Shown: positions 47,769 to 56,952 of the stretch, one piece after another
Numbering within the stretch: the first letter of the stretch is position 1
How the letters are laid out: each line of letters begins with the position of its first letter
Virus record (IMG/VR): IMGVR_UViG_3300021511_000003
Span: 1-64,000 of that record
Length of the DNA stretch: 64,000 nucleotides
Reading direction: 5' to 3' (one strand)
Translations under genes and position numbers: made by a program
The notes under the pieces: generated by a model
What the model was told of the DNA's origin: nothing
Seen by the model: the letters and a program-made list of their open reading frames with translations, nothing else
Database searches by the model: none

Positions 47769-48149
47769 TTATTCTCCAGTTATACTTAATGTTTGACCAC
47801 CACGTTCTTCAATTAAATCAAGGAGTTTTTCATGCCTTTCATGATTGTGTCTATTCATGACCACATAGATAGCATATAATCCTCTATCCAATGCTATACA
47901 TGAAATATCATAACAATGTTTATCCATCTGACTAAATACAGAAGGAGTATTCCTTGCTTTTGATATCCAATCGTTTTTGCCTTTTTCTGTAAAATGAATA
48001 AGACTTTTTTTATTTTTGAAACATCTAAATGTTTCACCCCAATATAACTTGAGATGTTTTTCAATATATTTTCTCAAAATTTTATTGGGGGCCTCAAAAA
48101 CATACATAGTAGATGAACTGTTTGTGTTAAAGTCTTGTTTGATTTTCAT
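47769..48149 (-). CDS. TNSSS-motif protein 2 (MKIKQDFNTNSSSTMY)
   Basis: Shared motif; 1 nt upstream of the radical SAM gene. Confidence 0.75.
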   Translation of the reverse strand: MKIKQDFNTNSSSTMYVFEAPNKILRKYIEKHLKLYWGETFRCFKNKKSLIHFTEKGKNDWISKARNTPSVFSQMDKHCYDISCIALDRGLYAIYVVMNRHNHERHEKLLDLIEERGGQTLSITGE

Positions 48150-48156
48150 AATATGC

Positions 48157-50367
48157 CTAATGAAGTGTTAATGTTTCATCAGCTTCCAATTGATCTTCAT
48201 GACGATGAGAAATCAATACTATTGATTTACCAAACTTCAAGTTTGATAACACTTTAGATACATAACCAATATTTTCTTCATCAAGACTATCAAAAATTTC
48301 ATCAAATAGTAATATATTTATTGATACATCTTGAATAGTCTCTTGTAAATTACCAAGAGTTAAAATAGTAGCAATATCAATAATTCGTGTTTGACCGCCT
48401 GATAATTGAATTCTTGAATTTGCTCGAGTATGTGTATCAACAACATTCACTGATATTTTATCTCTGAACTCGCCAGCTTTGGTTGATGCTAGTGTATCAA
48501 ATGACACAATATATCGCCCGTTTGTAAACTTATCTAAATAATAAGCTACCTTTTCATTCATAAATGGTATTGCTTCATCAATTAACATTGATGGGATACC
48601 CGAAGATGAGAAAGCTGTTTTCCAAAATTCAAGTATTTCACATTTTCTAATCAGTTTTAATTGTTTACTTTTAAAGTTTGTCGACTCTTTTTCAAGATCA
48701 ACTACTCGTTTATGATATAATATAAGTTGTGTTTTATCATATTTAACTTTTTCTTTTTCCGTTATTTGCATTTTTTCTTGACTTATATTATTTTTCAGAG
48801 TTTCGATTTTTGTATGTATATCATTCATTTCTTTAATTACTGCTTCTTGATCTTTTTTCTTTTTTTGCAATAATATTTTGGTTGATTCAAGCTCATGTGT
48901 TGATTTTTGTATTGCAGTTTCTTTTTGTTCTTTCTCATTTGATACTAACTTATTAACTTTATTAATTGTATTAGTTAATCTAAGATCCAATTGTTGTAAT
49001 TCAATTTTTTCTTTTGATATTAATTCATTATTTTCGTTTATAAGTCTATCAACACACAAGTTTAAGTCATCTGTCTCTTTAATTATTTTACTATTTAAAT
49101 CATTCATTTTTTCTTTTAATGTAATTATTAATTTATTTGCTACATCAATATTTATATTGAACTTATTAACTTTTTGTTGAAGTATATCAATTGTTTGATC
49201 AGATACTTTTTGTTCACATAAAGGGCATTCAGCAACACCAGCTTCAATTACATTTGTTTGAATTTCATTTATTCTTTCTTTCCAATTATTAATATCAGAA
49301 TAATTATTGTTAATTTTTAATTCAAGTTTATGCTTTCGAGCCTGACTTGTTGTAATAAGATCATTTCTTATTTCTTTTAATTCTGCTTTTTCTTTTATTA
49401 TACGATCATATTCGACTCTGAATTTAGATTTGATTTTTGTCTTTGCATCATCTACAGCACTTTTTAACTCAAGCATTTTACTTATTTTTCGTTGATCAAT
49501 TAATTTGAGCTCATTATAAAGTTCTGTTTGAAATGTTTTTATATGTGAATCAATATCTGCAAGTTCTGACACAGTATTTTCAATATCAGTATCTTCTTTT
49601 TCAAAATTTTTAAATGTTTCTTGCCATTTTTCTAACAGATGTTGATTTACTTCAATTGATTTTTTAAGTTCTGCTATAGCAGTTTCTTTTTCTGTTTTAT
49701 ATTTTTTCTCTACTGCTAATAGGATCTTAATTTGTTGGTTTGCATCTTTATTAAGTTCATCATTAATCGCCAGTTGCTTCTCAATCGCAGAGAGTTTCTC
49801 ATTAACTATTTTTAAGCGTTTGTCAACTTCTTTGTAATAAATTTGATATAATTCTAATGCTAATAGTTCTCTAAAGATTAATTTCTTATCAGAGTCAATT
49901 AAATCTGTAAAGAAGTCTTTCACCTTTTGTCCAAACATTAATGTGTTCACAAATGCTCGTTTTGAACAAATTAACCGTACAATTTCAGGGAGTACTTCTC
50001 TATGACCTTGTTTAATATCAACATTGTTTTTATTCAGAATAACTGTATTACCGAGTCTGGTATATTTTTGATATCGAGTTATTAAATAATTATCTGAGTC
50101 AATTTTAAACTTAACCCATGTCTTACAATCTTTACCTGTAATATTATTTACAACATCATCACCTTTTGCTCCACGACTTGTAACTCCATATAATGTATAT
50201 GGTATTGCATCAAGACACATTGTTTTACCAACCCCATTTGGGCCAGTCATCAAAACCATAGTGTTATTTTTAAATTGTAATATCATCGGGTCAAGATATG
50301 GACCAAAATTTTCCATTCCTACTTCTTCAAAATCAATATGTCTCATATCACACCTCACAATTTTCAA
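48157..50367 (-). CDS. sbcC: SbcC/Rad50 (gp46-like) ATPase
   Basis: GPNGVGKT, coiled coil with CPLC zinc hook, LSGGQ, LLFDEIFDSLD, ISH. Confidence 0.93.
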   Translation of the reverse strand: MKIVRCDMRHIDFEEVGMENFGPYLDPMILQFKNNTMVLMTGPNGVGKTMCLDAIPYTLYGVTSRGAKGDDVVNNITGKDCKTWVKFKIDSDNYLITRYQKYTRLGNTVILNKNNVDIKQGHREVLPEIVRLICSKRAFVNTLMFGQKVKDFFTDLIDSDKKLIFRELLALELYQIYYKEVDKRLKIVNEKLSAIEKQLAINDELNKDANQQIKILLAVEKKYKTEKETAIAELKKSIEVNQHLLEKWQETFKNFEKEDTDIENTVSELADIDSHIKTFQTELYNELKLIDQRKISKMLELKSAVDDAKTKIKSKFRVEYDRIIKEKAELKEIRNDLITTSQARKHKLELKINNNYSDINNWKERINEIQTNVIEAGVAECPLCEQKVSDQTIDILQQKVNKFNINIDVANKLIITLKEKMNDLNSKIIKETDDLNLCVDRLINENNELISKEKIELQQLDLRLTNTINKVNKLVSNEKEQKETAIQKSTHELESTKILLQKKKKDQEAVIKEMNDIHTKIETLKNNISQEKMQITEKEKVKYDKTQLILYHKRVVDLEKESTNFKSKQLKLIRKCEILEFWKTAFSSSGIPSMLIDEAIPFMNEKVAYYLDKFTNGRYIVSFDTLASTKAGEFRDKISVNVVDTHTRANSRIQLSGGQTRIIDIATILTLGNLQETIQDVSINILLFDEIFDSLDEENIGYVSKVLSNLKFGKSIVLISHRHEDQLEADETLTLH

Positions 50368-51376
50368 TTATATCAAATACTTCTTGTTCATATTCAATTT
50401 TAAAATTATCCGGGATTTCTTTGATTTCAAGATAACGTTTTATTCTATCTTGTTGAGACATTGTACTTGTTATGCCTCTATCGGTTATATCAGTTTCTGT
50501 TTTATCAATAATATTAAATTTTCCTTTGAATGGAGTTGTATCAACACGATCATCCAAAATAACTTTTACATGATGCCCATTTTCTTTTGCTTCTTGAGCA
50601 GATTTTAATGCATCATTTGTATTGTCGCTTCTTACATGAATTTCAATATGTTTTTTATACTGTGTTAATGGGATTGATTCAACATCAAGAGTATCTGAAT
50701 CAACAATCAAAAATCTTTTTTCTTCACCTTTTTCGCCCCAATCTAATTGAATTAATGAACCAACATAATAAAGAGCAAAACCTTCTTTTATAATTTCTTG
50801 AGGTTTATGATAATGTCCCAGTAATACTAATTTATAGTTTTTTACCAAATCTGCCACGCTAATATCAGATATAATACTCATACCTGAGTTCAAAACTCCT
50901 TCACTTAAACCAAAATGTGAAACAAGAATTTTAGCTTTGTTTTCTTTCACAACTTGTGGTACATTATATGAGTAAGGAACAAATAATATATCTTCATCAT
51001 CCATTCTATATGTTGTATTATGAGGAATCCAGTTAACACCTGGTATTGAATTAATAGATTTTAATGCTGAAACAACAGTTTGACCCTTACCAGATAAATC
51101 ATGATTTCCATCAATTACATAAAAGTTAATAAATTTACCATAGTGAGTAAGATACTCAATTATAAGATCTTGGGCAATTGCATAAATTATCGACTTTCCA
51201 TGAAGTATATCACCACCAATAATAATAGTTGAAATATCATGACTAATAGAATAGTCTACAACTTCGTGTAAAGCTAATTTAATACTATGCAATCGTTCAG
51301 GAAGATTTGATGCATATTCAATTTTATCTTGAGCATATCTCGAAAGATGTATATCTGCAATATATGCAAATTTCAT
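50348..51376 (-). CDS. sbcD: SbcD/Mre11 (gp47-like) nuclease
   Basis: ADIHL, GGDILH, DGNHD, SHF, LGHYH, YVGSL. Confidence 0.92.
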   Translation of the reverse strand: MKFAYIADIHLSRYAQDKIEYASNLPERLHSIKLALHEVVDYSISHDISTIIIGGDILHGKSIIYAIAQDLIIEYLTHYGKFINFYVIDGNHDLSGKGQTVVSALKSINSIPGVNWIPHNTTYRMDDEDILFVPYSYNVPQVVKENKAKILVSHFGLSEGVLNSGMSIISDISVADLVKNYKLVLLGHYHKPQEIIKEGFALYYVGSLIQLDWGEKGEEKRFLIVDSDTLDVESIPLTQYKKHIEIHVRSDNTNDALKSAQEAKENGHHVKVILDDRVDTTPFKGKFNIIDKTETDITDRGITSTMSQQDRIKRYLEIKEIPDNFKIEYEQEVFDIIENCEV

Positions 51377-51636
51377 AATTTCTTATTTACTCCTTTTGTT
51401 TTAAGATTACCTTTATAATTTTTGTCAGTGGGTTGAGTCTGTTCATTTGTATTATTCAATTGTTCTTCTTGTTCTTGAGTTATAACATTTTTCAATAGTG
51501 AACCATCGTTACTCGTAGGCCAAATATTTAAAAGACCTGGAAGTATCAGTGCTGCAAATATAGTAATTAATACGATAACAACTAATACTTCAACCAATGT
51601 AAATCCTTTACAACTTTTCACTTTTTGTATTAACAT
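51373..51636 (-). CDS. Type IV prepilin-like protein
   Basis: KGFTLVEVLVVIVLITIFAALILP: G|F cleavage site with E at +5. Confidence 0.8.
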   Translation of the reverse strand: MLIQKVKSCKGFTLVEVLVVIVLITIFAALILPGLLNIWPTSNDGSLLKNVITQEQEEQLNNTNEQTQPTDKNYKGNLKTKGVNKKL

Positions 51637-51662
51637 ATTTATTTTACCTTTTATTGTGTTAA

Positions 51663-51944
51663 TTAATAACTTTCATATTTTATATTGTCTCTATCAACAC
51701 CGATTTCTGATAAAATCCATAACATATCAAAGTTATCCATACTTGTTGAACCTTCAATTGTATCTTTGGTTTCTGTTATCACCCATCCACTATTGGTAGA
51801 TGATCCAATATTATATCGATGATACATTTTAGCATATTCATAATGATGTTTAATTAAAAGTATTTGTAGTTCTGTAATATTAATCTTTTGAATTATAAAA
51901 CTAGCTGATGAACTGTTGGTTACGAAATCTGATTTTATTTTCAT
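51663..51944 (-). CDS. TNSSS-motif protein 3 (MKIKSDFVTNSSSASF)
   Basis: Shared motif; ATGA overlap with the upstream gene. Confidence 0.75.
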   Translation of the reverse strand: MKIKSDFVTNSSSASFIIQKINITELQILLIKHHYEYAKMYHRYNIGSSTNSGWVITETKDTIEGSTSMDNFDMLWILSEIGVDRDNIKYESY

Positions 51945-52111
51945 TTTTCTACCTCAAAACAATTTATTATACTCATTTCATTATCAGTAGCACATTTAGA
52001 ACATATTGGTGGTCCATTATAAACTGCTTCGTAAATATCACATTTTTCTATATTTTTACACTCAACACACTCAAATTCAATTTGAATAGTTGATGGATTT
52101 ATCATTAACAT
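51941..52111 (-). CDS. 56-aa zinc-ribbon protein (not in ORF track)
   Basis: Manual translation MLMINPSTIQIEFECVECKN...PPICSKC...; coupled to both neighbours. Confidence 0.65.
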   Translation of the reverse strand: MLMINPSTIQIEFECVECKNIEKCDIYEAVYNGPPICSKCATDNEMSIINCFEVEK

Positions 52112-53508
52112 TATTCACCTCTAATTATTTTATATGTCGTTTCTCGGTCTATTTTATTTAATTTATTTTTTGAGTATATTAAATATTCAATAGGCCAGTT
52201 TTCTTCATTATAATAATGTTCACGTTTATAAAATGTATTCGCCATATATTTACAACCATAATCAACCATATCAACAACTATTGGTGTTAATTTTCCTTCT
52301 TTATTTCTAATAACTCTTCCTGTTAATTGTTTAATGTTTGATATAGGGGATGTCATAATAACTGAATCTTTCCATGGTGCATCAATACCATCTCGACATT
52401 TTCCGGGAGTTGCGAATGTTATTTGTGAATTAAGAGTTTCAAGTCCACCCGTCCCACAAAATTTGGCTTTGTCTTTATTAGGCATTAGTTCATAAAGATC
52501 ATCAATCAACTTAATTCTTTCAGCTATACATATCAGTTGTCTTGATTTAAAACGTCCCAATAAACCCCTCATTACCTCTATAAACGGTTTTGATTTTTTT
52601 ATTAGATTAAGATATCTAGATCGTTGAAAATCACCACCCCAACGAATATAACGTGACCTCCTTGGTGTATCTATTTGATAATCTAATAAAATTACAATAA
52701 CTTTCGCTGTCATTGTACCTTCTGAATCATCATCTGCATATATCGGTCCAAGATGAAATTCAATAATATCTCCATTCCCATCATGCCTATATGGAGTTGC
52801 ACTCAAACCATACACACATCTTGATGGAATATGTATTGAACATTCTGAAAATGTTGGTGCCCCAACTGTTGTATGTACTTCATCTGCTACACACACGCCC
52901 ACATTTGCGTCATTTAATTTAACTAAGAAATCTTTACGTTTTCTTTTTAATAATGATATAAATGTTTGAACTGTAGTAATAATTATTGGTTTATCAAGAT
53001 CCTTTTCAAATGTTGCTGAACTTAGAGTCGCAATATTATCATCTTTCAAATTTGTAAACTCTTTGAATCTATTACGCCATTGTTTTGCAAGAGGATCTCT
53101 ATGAACTAAAATTATTGCTTTCTTTTTTCTTTCAGCTATCATGTAAATTGAAATTATAGTTTTACCAACCCCCGGGGCTAGTTGTAATGTTGCATTTTCA
53201 TTTTCCATGATATGTTGTATTGCTTTTACTTGTGCTTCACTCCTTGGGGTAATATTATGCTCAATATTTATGTCTTGCCCATCATGCCTAATATCCTGGA
53301 TTTCACAGTCAGATATGTATTTTTGAATCGGAAAATCCCGTGGTATTAAGAGAAATTTCTCCGATTCAATATAGAAAGTTTGGATAGTATAATTGGATGT
53401 ATTATATGCTTTTATCCTTCTTTCCAAAAATTCTTTTATTCTAATGTACCATTCTTCATATTGATGATCCTTAGAAATTAGTAATCCAGAACGTTTTATA
53501 ATTTTCAT
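52111..53508 (-). CDS. SF2 DExH helicase (UvsW-like)
   Basis: APGVGKT, DEVH, LSATP, DGID, QLTGRVIR. Confidence 0.9.
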   Translation of the reverse strand: MKIIKRSGLLISKDHQYEEWYIRIKEFLERRIKAYNTSNYTIQTFYIESEKFLLIPRDFPIQKYISDCEIQDIRHDGQDINIEHNITPRSEAQVKAIQHIMENENATLQLAPGVGKTIISIYMIAERKKKAIILVHRDPLAKQWRNRFKEFTNLKDDNIATLSSATFEKDLDKPIIITTVQTFISLLKRKRKDFLVKLNDANVGVCVADEVHTTVGAPTFSECSIHIPSRCVYGLSATPYRHDGNGDIIEFHLGPIYADDDSEGTMTAKVIVILLDYQIDTPRRSRYIRWGGDFQRSRYLNLIKKSKPFIEVMRGLLGRFKSRQLICIAERIKLIDDLYELMPNKDKAKFCGTGGLETLNSQITFATPGKCRDGIDAPWKDSVIMTSPISNIKQLTGRVIRNKEGKLTPIVVDMVDYGCKYMANTFYKREHYYNEENWPIEYLIYSKNKLNKIDRETTYKIIRGE

Positions 53509-53939
53509 TCTCTACTATATACCGCCTTTGAATTTTCATTTTCATAAACTGTTACATACTCAAGTTTAAATTTAATCTTCATATCTGAAAAGATTTTATC
53601 TAATTTGAAAAACAGTTGTTGTGAAAGTCTTTCTGCTGTTGGATCATGATCTTCATTATCAAAAATCATTGATCTTAAGCACATTTTATCTGCAAGTGGT
53701 TTCAACCATTGTTCATCTATCTTATTAACTAACAATGTATGATCATATTGATCAAGCAAAGAACCAACGATTGATTTTAAATCTGAAAAGTCAATGATCA
53801 TATCATCTTTATTTAATTTCTCACTTTTCAAACCAACAAGAATTGTAAAATTGTGACCATGAATAGAAAAACAACGCCCTTTGTTTTTACTCAATCTATG
53901 ACCAATTGGTACTGTGAATCTTTTTTCAATTCTATACAT
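53505..53939 (-). CDS. queD: 6-carboxy-5,6,7,8-tetrahydropterin synthase
   Basis: GHRL...GRCFSIHGHN, IIDFSDLK, DHTLL, PTAE, VYENENS. Confidence 0.9.
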   Translation of the reverse strand: MYRIEKRFTVPIGHRLSKNKGRCFSIHGHNFTILVGLKSEKLNKDDMIIDFSDLKSIVGSLLDQYDHTLLVNKIDEQWLKPLADKMCLRSMIFDNEDHDPTAERLSQQLFFKLDKIFSDMKIKFKLEYVTVYENENSKAVYSRE

Positions 53940-53969
53940 AAACTTCTCCTTTTATGGAAGGTGATGATC

Positions 53970-54284
53970 TTAAATAATTTTATCTTTTAAAGTCGTGTTC
54001 ATTTTGAAATTTGAAATTTGAAATTCAATCTTCACATCAACTATTATTCCAAGATTCATTCCTTGGTTTCTTATTTCATGCACAAGTATATCAATATTAT
54101 TCATTGTCATTCTATATACCAAATTATGCTCAGGTGAATATGATGGGGGGGTACCTACTACATTAGATACCCAATCAACATTTCCTTCACCATTACATTT
54201 AGTACAAATTTTTTTAATACCTTCAATTGCTTGTGGAATAGCTCCATAACCACCACATTTTCTACAAGTATATTCAGAGATCAT
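53970..54284 (-). CDS. Small protein with DnaJ-type zinc finger
   Basis: CRKCGGYG...CTKCNGEG; start moved to the ATG at 54284. Confidence 0.65.
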   Translation of the reverse strand: MISEYTCRKCGGYGAIPQAIEGIKKICTKCNGEGNVDWVSNVVGTPPSYSPEHNLVYRMTMNNIDILVHEIRNQGMNLGIIVDVKIEFQISNFKMNTTLKDKII

Positions 54285-55572
54285 TATATTGCTCCAATAC
54301 AAATTTATCAATATTTTTTAAATTAGTTGTAAGTTCTTTTATTTTATCATCTATTTCAGTTGTATCTGTATTTAATGTAAACATTTTATGTATTCTATAT
54401 TTATTAATAAGAATTTTTGTTTTTTCAATAGATACACCTGTTAATTTCTCTATTTCACTAAGAGCAAAATCAATATCATTATTCTTACTAATATAATCTC
54501 CAAGTGGTTTACGAATAAGATCGAGAATTTTATATTCTTCAATAAGTTCCGTCAATTTCATAATTTCACAATCCAACATGCTTTTATTCATTGCTGAAAA
54601 CATTTTATATGTTTGTAATAACATATCATCAATAGATCTAACAACTACTTTTTGATTTGCATCTGTAAGATTAATCTCAAAAGATATAACCCCTACTACA
54701 ACAGATTTTAACTTTTTAACAAATTCTTTGTATATCTTATCTCTATTTCTTTCACGCAAAACTTGAAATTTAATTTCTGTTTCAGATGCTGACATATCTG
54801 TAAAACCAATCATCCCATCACCAAGCTCTTTTGAAAATTTATTCAATAGAGATTCAAACTTTTTTCCTGGTGGCCATGATTTCAATATAACTGTGTTTGT
54901 TCTAGCATTTTCTAAAATAATACCTTCAACTGCAATTTTTGCTTTACCTGTAGTTAATAACAATTCAAGTTTTTCTGGTTTAGCAGTAATATTACAATTT
55001 GATTTTGGTGCAATTGTTGGCTTTCTTTTTCTTATTCCCAGCAACCATAACAATCGTTGTTGAAGATCTCTTTGATCATAACATGGTATAACTGTTTTAA
55101 AACCAAACCCAATACCTTGTGTATAATCACTCCCCAATAAACATGCAGGATACATTATTGGAAGAAAAGTTGGTTCCTTATCTCCCAATTCACTAGCAAT
55201 CCATGGTACATGATCAATATATTTAAATGCTAGATCTAATGTTTTTGGGTTCATCTTACATTCAGTATATCTTGGAGCAGCAGGCCCAACTGGTTCAACA
55301 CCAACATTTGTACCAAAATTTCCCTGACCAATTAAAAATCCTTGACGAACCAATTGAACAATTGTACCATAACATTCACCATGAGGATGATAATGACCAA
55401 TTGTATACGCATCAACCTGCCGCGATTTTACAAACTTATGTCTCGCAATTTTAGATGTTGATAATAATACTCTTCGTTCAACTGGTTTTAGTCCATCAAT
55501 GTCAAGTGGAAAGTTTCTATAGTTAGAATACTCACCATAATCTTTATACAGCCTTGGCAGATTGTAATCCAT
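54274..55572 (-). CDS. gyrA: Type IIA topoisomerase subunit A (GyrA/ParC/gp52-like), no beta-pinwheel CTD
   Basis: DGLKPVERR, YHPHG, GQGNFG, APRYTE (catalytic Tyr); only 432 aa. Confidence 0.9.
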   Translation of the reverse strand: MDYNLPRLYKDYGEYSNYRNFPLDIDGLKPVERRVLLSTSKIARHKFVKSRQVDAYTIGHYHPHGECYGTIVQLVRQGFLIGQGNFGTNVGVEPVGPAAPRYTECKMNPKTLDLAFKYIDHVPWIASELGDKEPTFLPIMYPACLLGSDYTQGIGFGFKTVIPCYDQRDLQQRLLWLLGIRKRKPTIAPKSNCNITAKPEKLELLLTTGKAKIAVEGIILENARTNTVILKSWPPGKKFESLLNKFSKELGDGMIGFTDMSASETEIKFQVLRERNRDKIYKEFVKKLKSVVVGVISFEINLTDANQKVVVRSIDDMLLQTYKMFSAMNKSMLDCEIMKLTELIEEYKILDLIRKPLGDYISKNNDIDFALSEIEKLTGVSIEKTKILINKYRIHKMFTLNTDTTEIDDKIKELTTNLKNIDKFVLEQYNDL

Positions 55573-56005
55573 GTTTGTAATTTTTCTCCTGTGTTATATC
55601 TGTTACTATTGAAGGATTATTTTGCATCGTTGGAAATTTTATACTATATGGAACAAATGAATTTTCAATACTCTCTCCTTGGATGAATTTTAAAGGATCG
55701 AATAAATTTCCAATACTTGGTGAATATGCAAATACTCTTTCCTTTGTAAAAATATATGAATAATCAGTTAGATAACTATCTGACCATATCCATGGCCATT
55801 TATCGCCATCTTCTCTAATGAAGGAATCATCTCTAGACATATGTAAAAAATCCAAGATCATTTCTTCAAACATAATAGGATTTACTTGAATTAAAATATT
55901 CACTGGAATTTTTAAAGGATTACCATTATGTTTTTTACTTCCGATCCATACTATTTTATCATAATTTTCCATGTAAAAATCAGCTTTTGTTCCCATATTT
56001 TTCAT
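55544..56005 (-). CDS. Hypothetical protein
   Basis: ORF track; GGAG RBS. Confidence 0.65.
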   Translation of the reverse strand: MKNMGTKADFYMENYDKIVWIGSKKHNGNPLKIPVNILIQVNPIMFEEMILDFLHMSRDDSFIREDGDKWPWIWSDSYLTDYSYIFTKERVFAYSPSIGNLFDPLKFIQGESIENSFVPYSIKFPTMQNNPSIVTDITQEKNYKHGLQSAKAV

Positions 56006-56010
56006 CTCCG

Positions 56011-56277
56011 TTATTTGAGGATGTCTATATCACCATTTTCCTCAACTTTTTGATGCTCATAAGGTGCAACAACTCGTCGATAAAATTCCATCTTTGCAGA
56101 ATCTAAAACACCAATACATTCATTCATAGTTGTATATGATTTACCATTATCTTTTACATATCTTTGAATTAAACATGTAATACAATAATTCAATTCACCT
56201 GGTGACATGATTCCAATTGAAATTAATTCTAAATGATGATCTAATGATTGACGTATATCTTTTTTAATATATGGCAT
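56011..56277 (-). CDS. Conserved phage hypothetical protein (MPYIK...GELNYCIT...YEHQK)
   Basis: Pattern I recognise from other phage proteins. Confidence 0.7.
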   Translation of the reverse strand: MPYIKKDIRQSLDHHLELISIGIMSPGELNYCITCLIQRYVKDNGKSYTTMNECIGVLDSAKMEFYRRVVAPYEHQKVEENGDIDILK

Positions 56278-56279
56278 TT

Positions 56280-56432
56280 TTATCTCTTTAATTTACATAT
56301 CAAGGGTTTCTTGCCTTTTTGGGGTTCAAGGATTTTTTCTTGTTTACCCCAATGACATATCATTTGACTTCGCTTATTTATCTTCATGAGTTTACATGCA
56401 CTACAATCACTCGTTACTGATTTTTTTCTCAT
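56280..56432 (-). CDS. 50-aa Cys-containing protein (not in ORF track)
   Basis: Manual translation MRKKSVTSDCSACK...ICHW...IC; AAGGA RBS. Confidence 0.55.
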   Translation of the reverse strand: MRKKSVTSDCSACKLMKINKRSQMICHWGKQEKILEPQKGKKPLICKLKR

Positions 56433-56478
56433 AAGCAGTTTTCCTTATTTTTAAAAATCAAATTTATTAATTCTTTTC

Positions 56479-56952
56479 TCATAATGTAAGAATATCATGA
56501 GGCTTTTTAAATGTTTTATTTTGATCTACCAATTCTTCAACTGTAAGAATTTGTATCTTATCAACATCACCTAATTGTCCGTATGATTTAGCTTCTTGTA
56601 TCATACCCGATGTAACTTTATCTTTAAATGTTATATATACTCCAAGTTCTCCTGTTCCTTTACCAATTTCAGAACAGAATGCTTTAAGATGGTTTTTATC
56701 GACGCCTGTTGTTACCTGAACTAGTCCATTACGCATCTTGTCTTGATATTTAAACATAAAACGTCCATCAATAGATTTATCATTACCTTGCTTTTTATTG
56801 CCAATAACATTGTTTAAATAGTATCTTATAATAACATCTTCAAAAGCAAATTTACTATTTTTCTGTTTACCTAATAGGTTATTATCAACTAAATGTTTTA
56901 ATTCACTACTAATTTTCGTTTCTCTTGTGCACTTGAAAATAATTTTATAAGA
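56479..56952 (-). pseudogene. 5'-truncated Mrr-like restriction endonuclease domain of the type fused to DNA methyltransferases
   Basis: Frame open 65 codons upstream of the ATG at 56757: KFAFED...KKQGNDKSIDGRF...VQVTTG...GVYIT...MIQEA...KIQILTVEEL. Confidence 0.55.
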
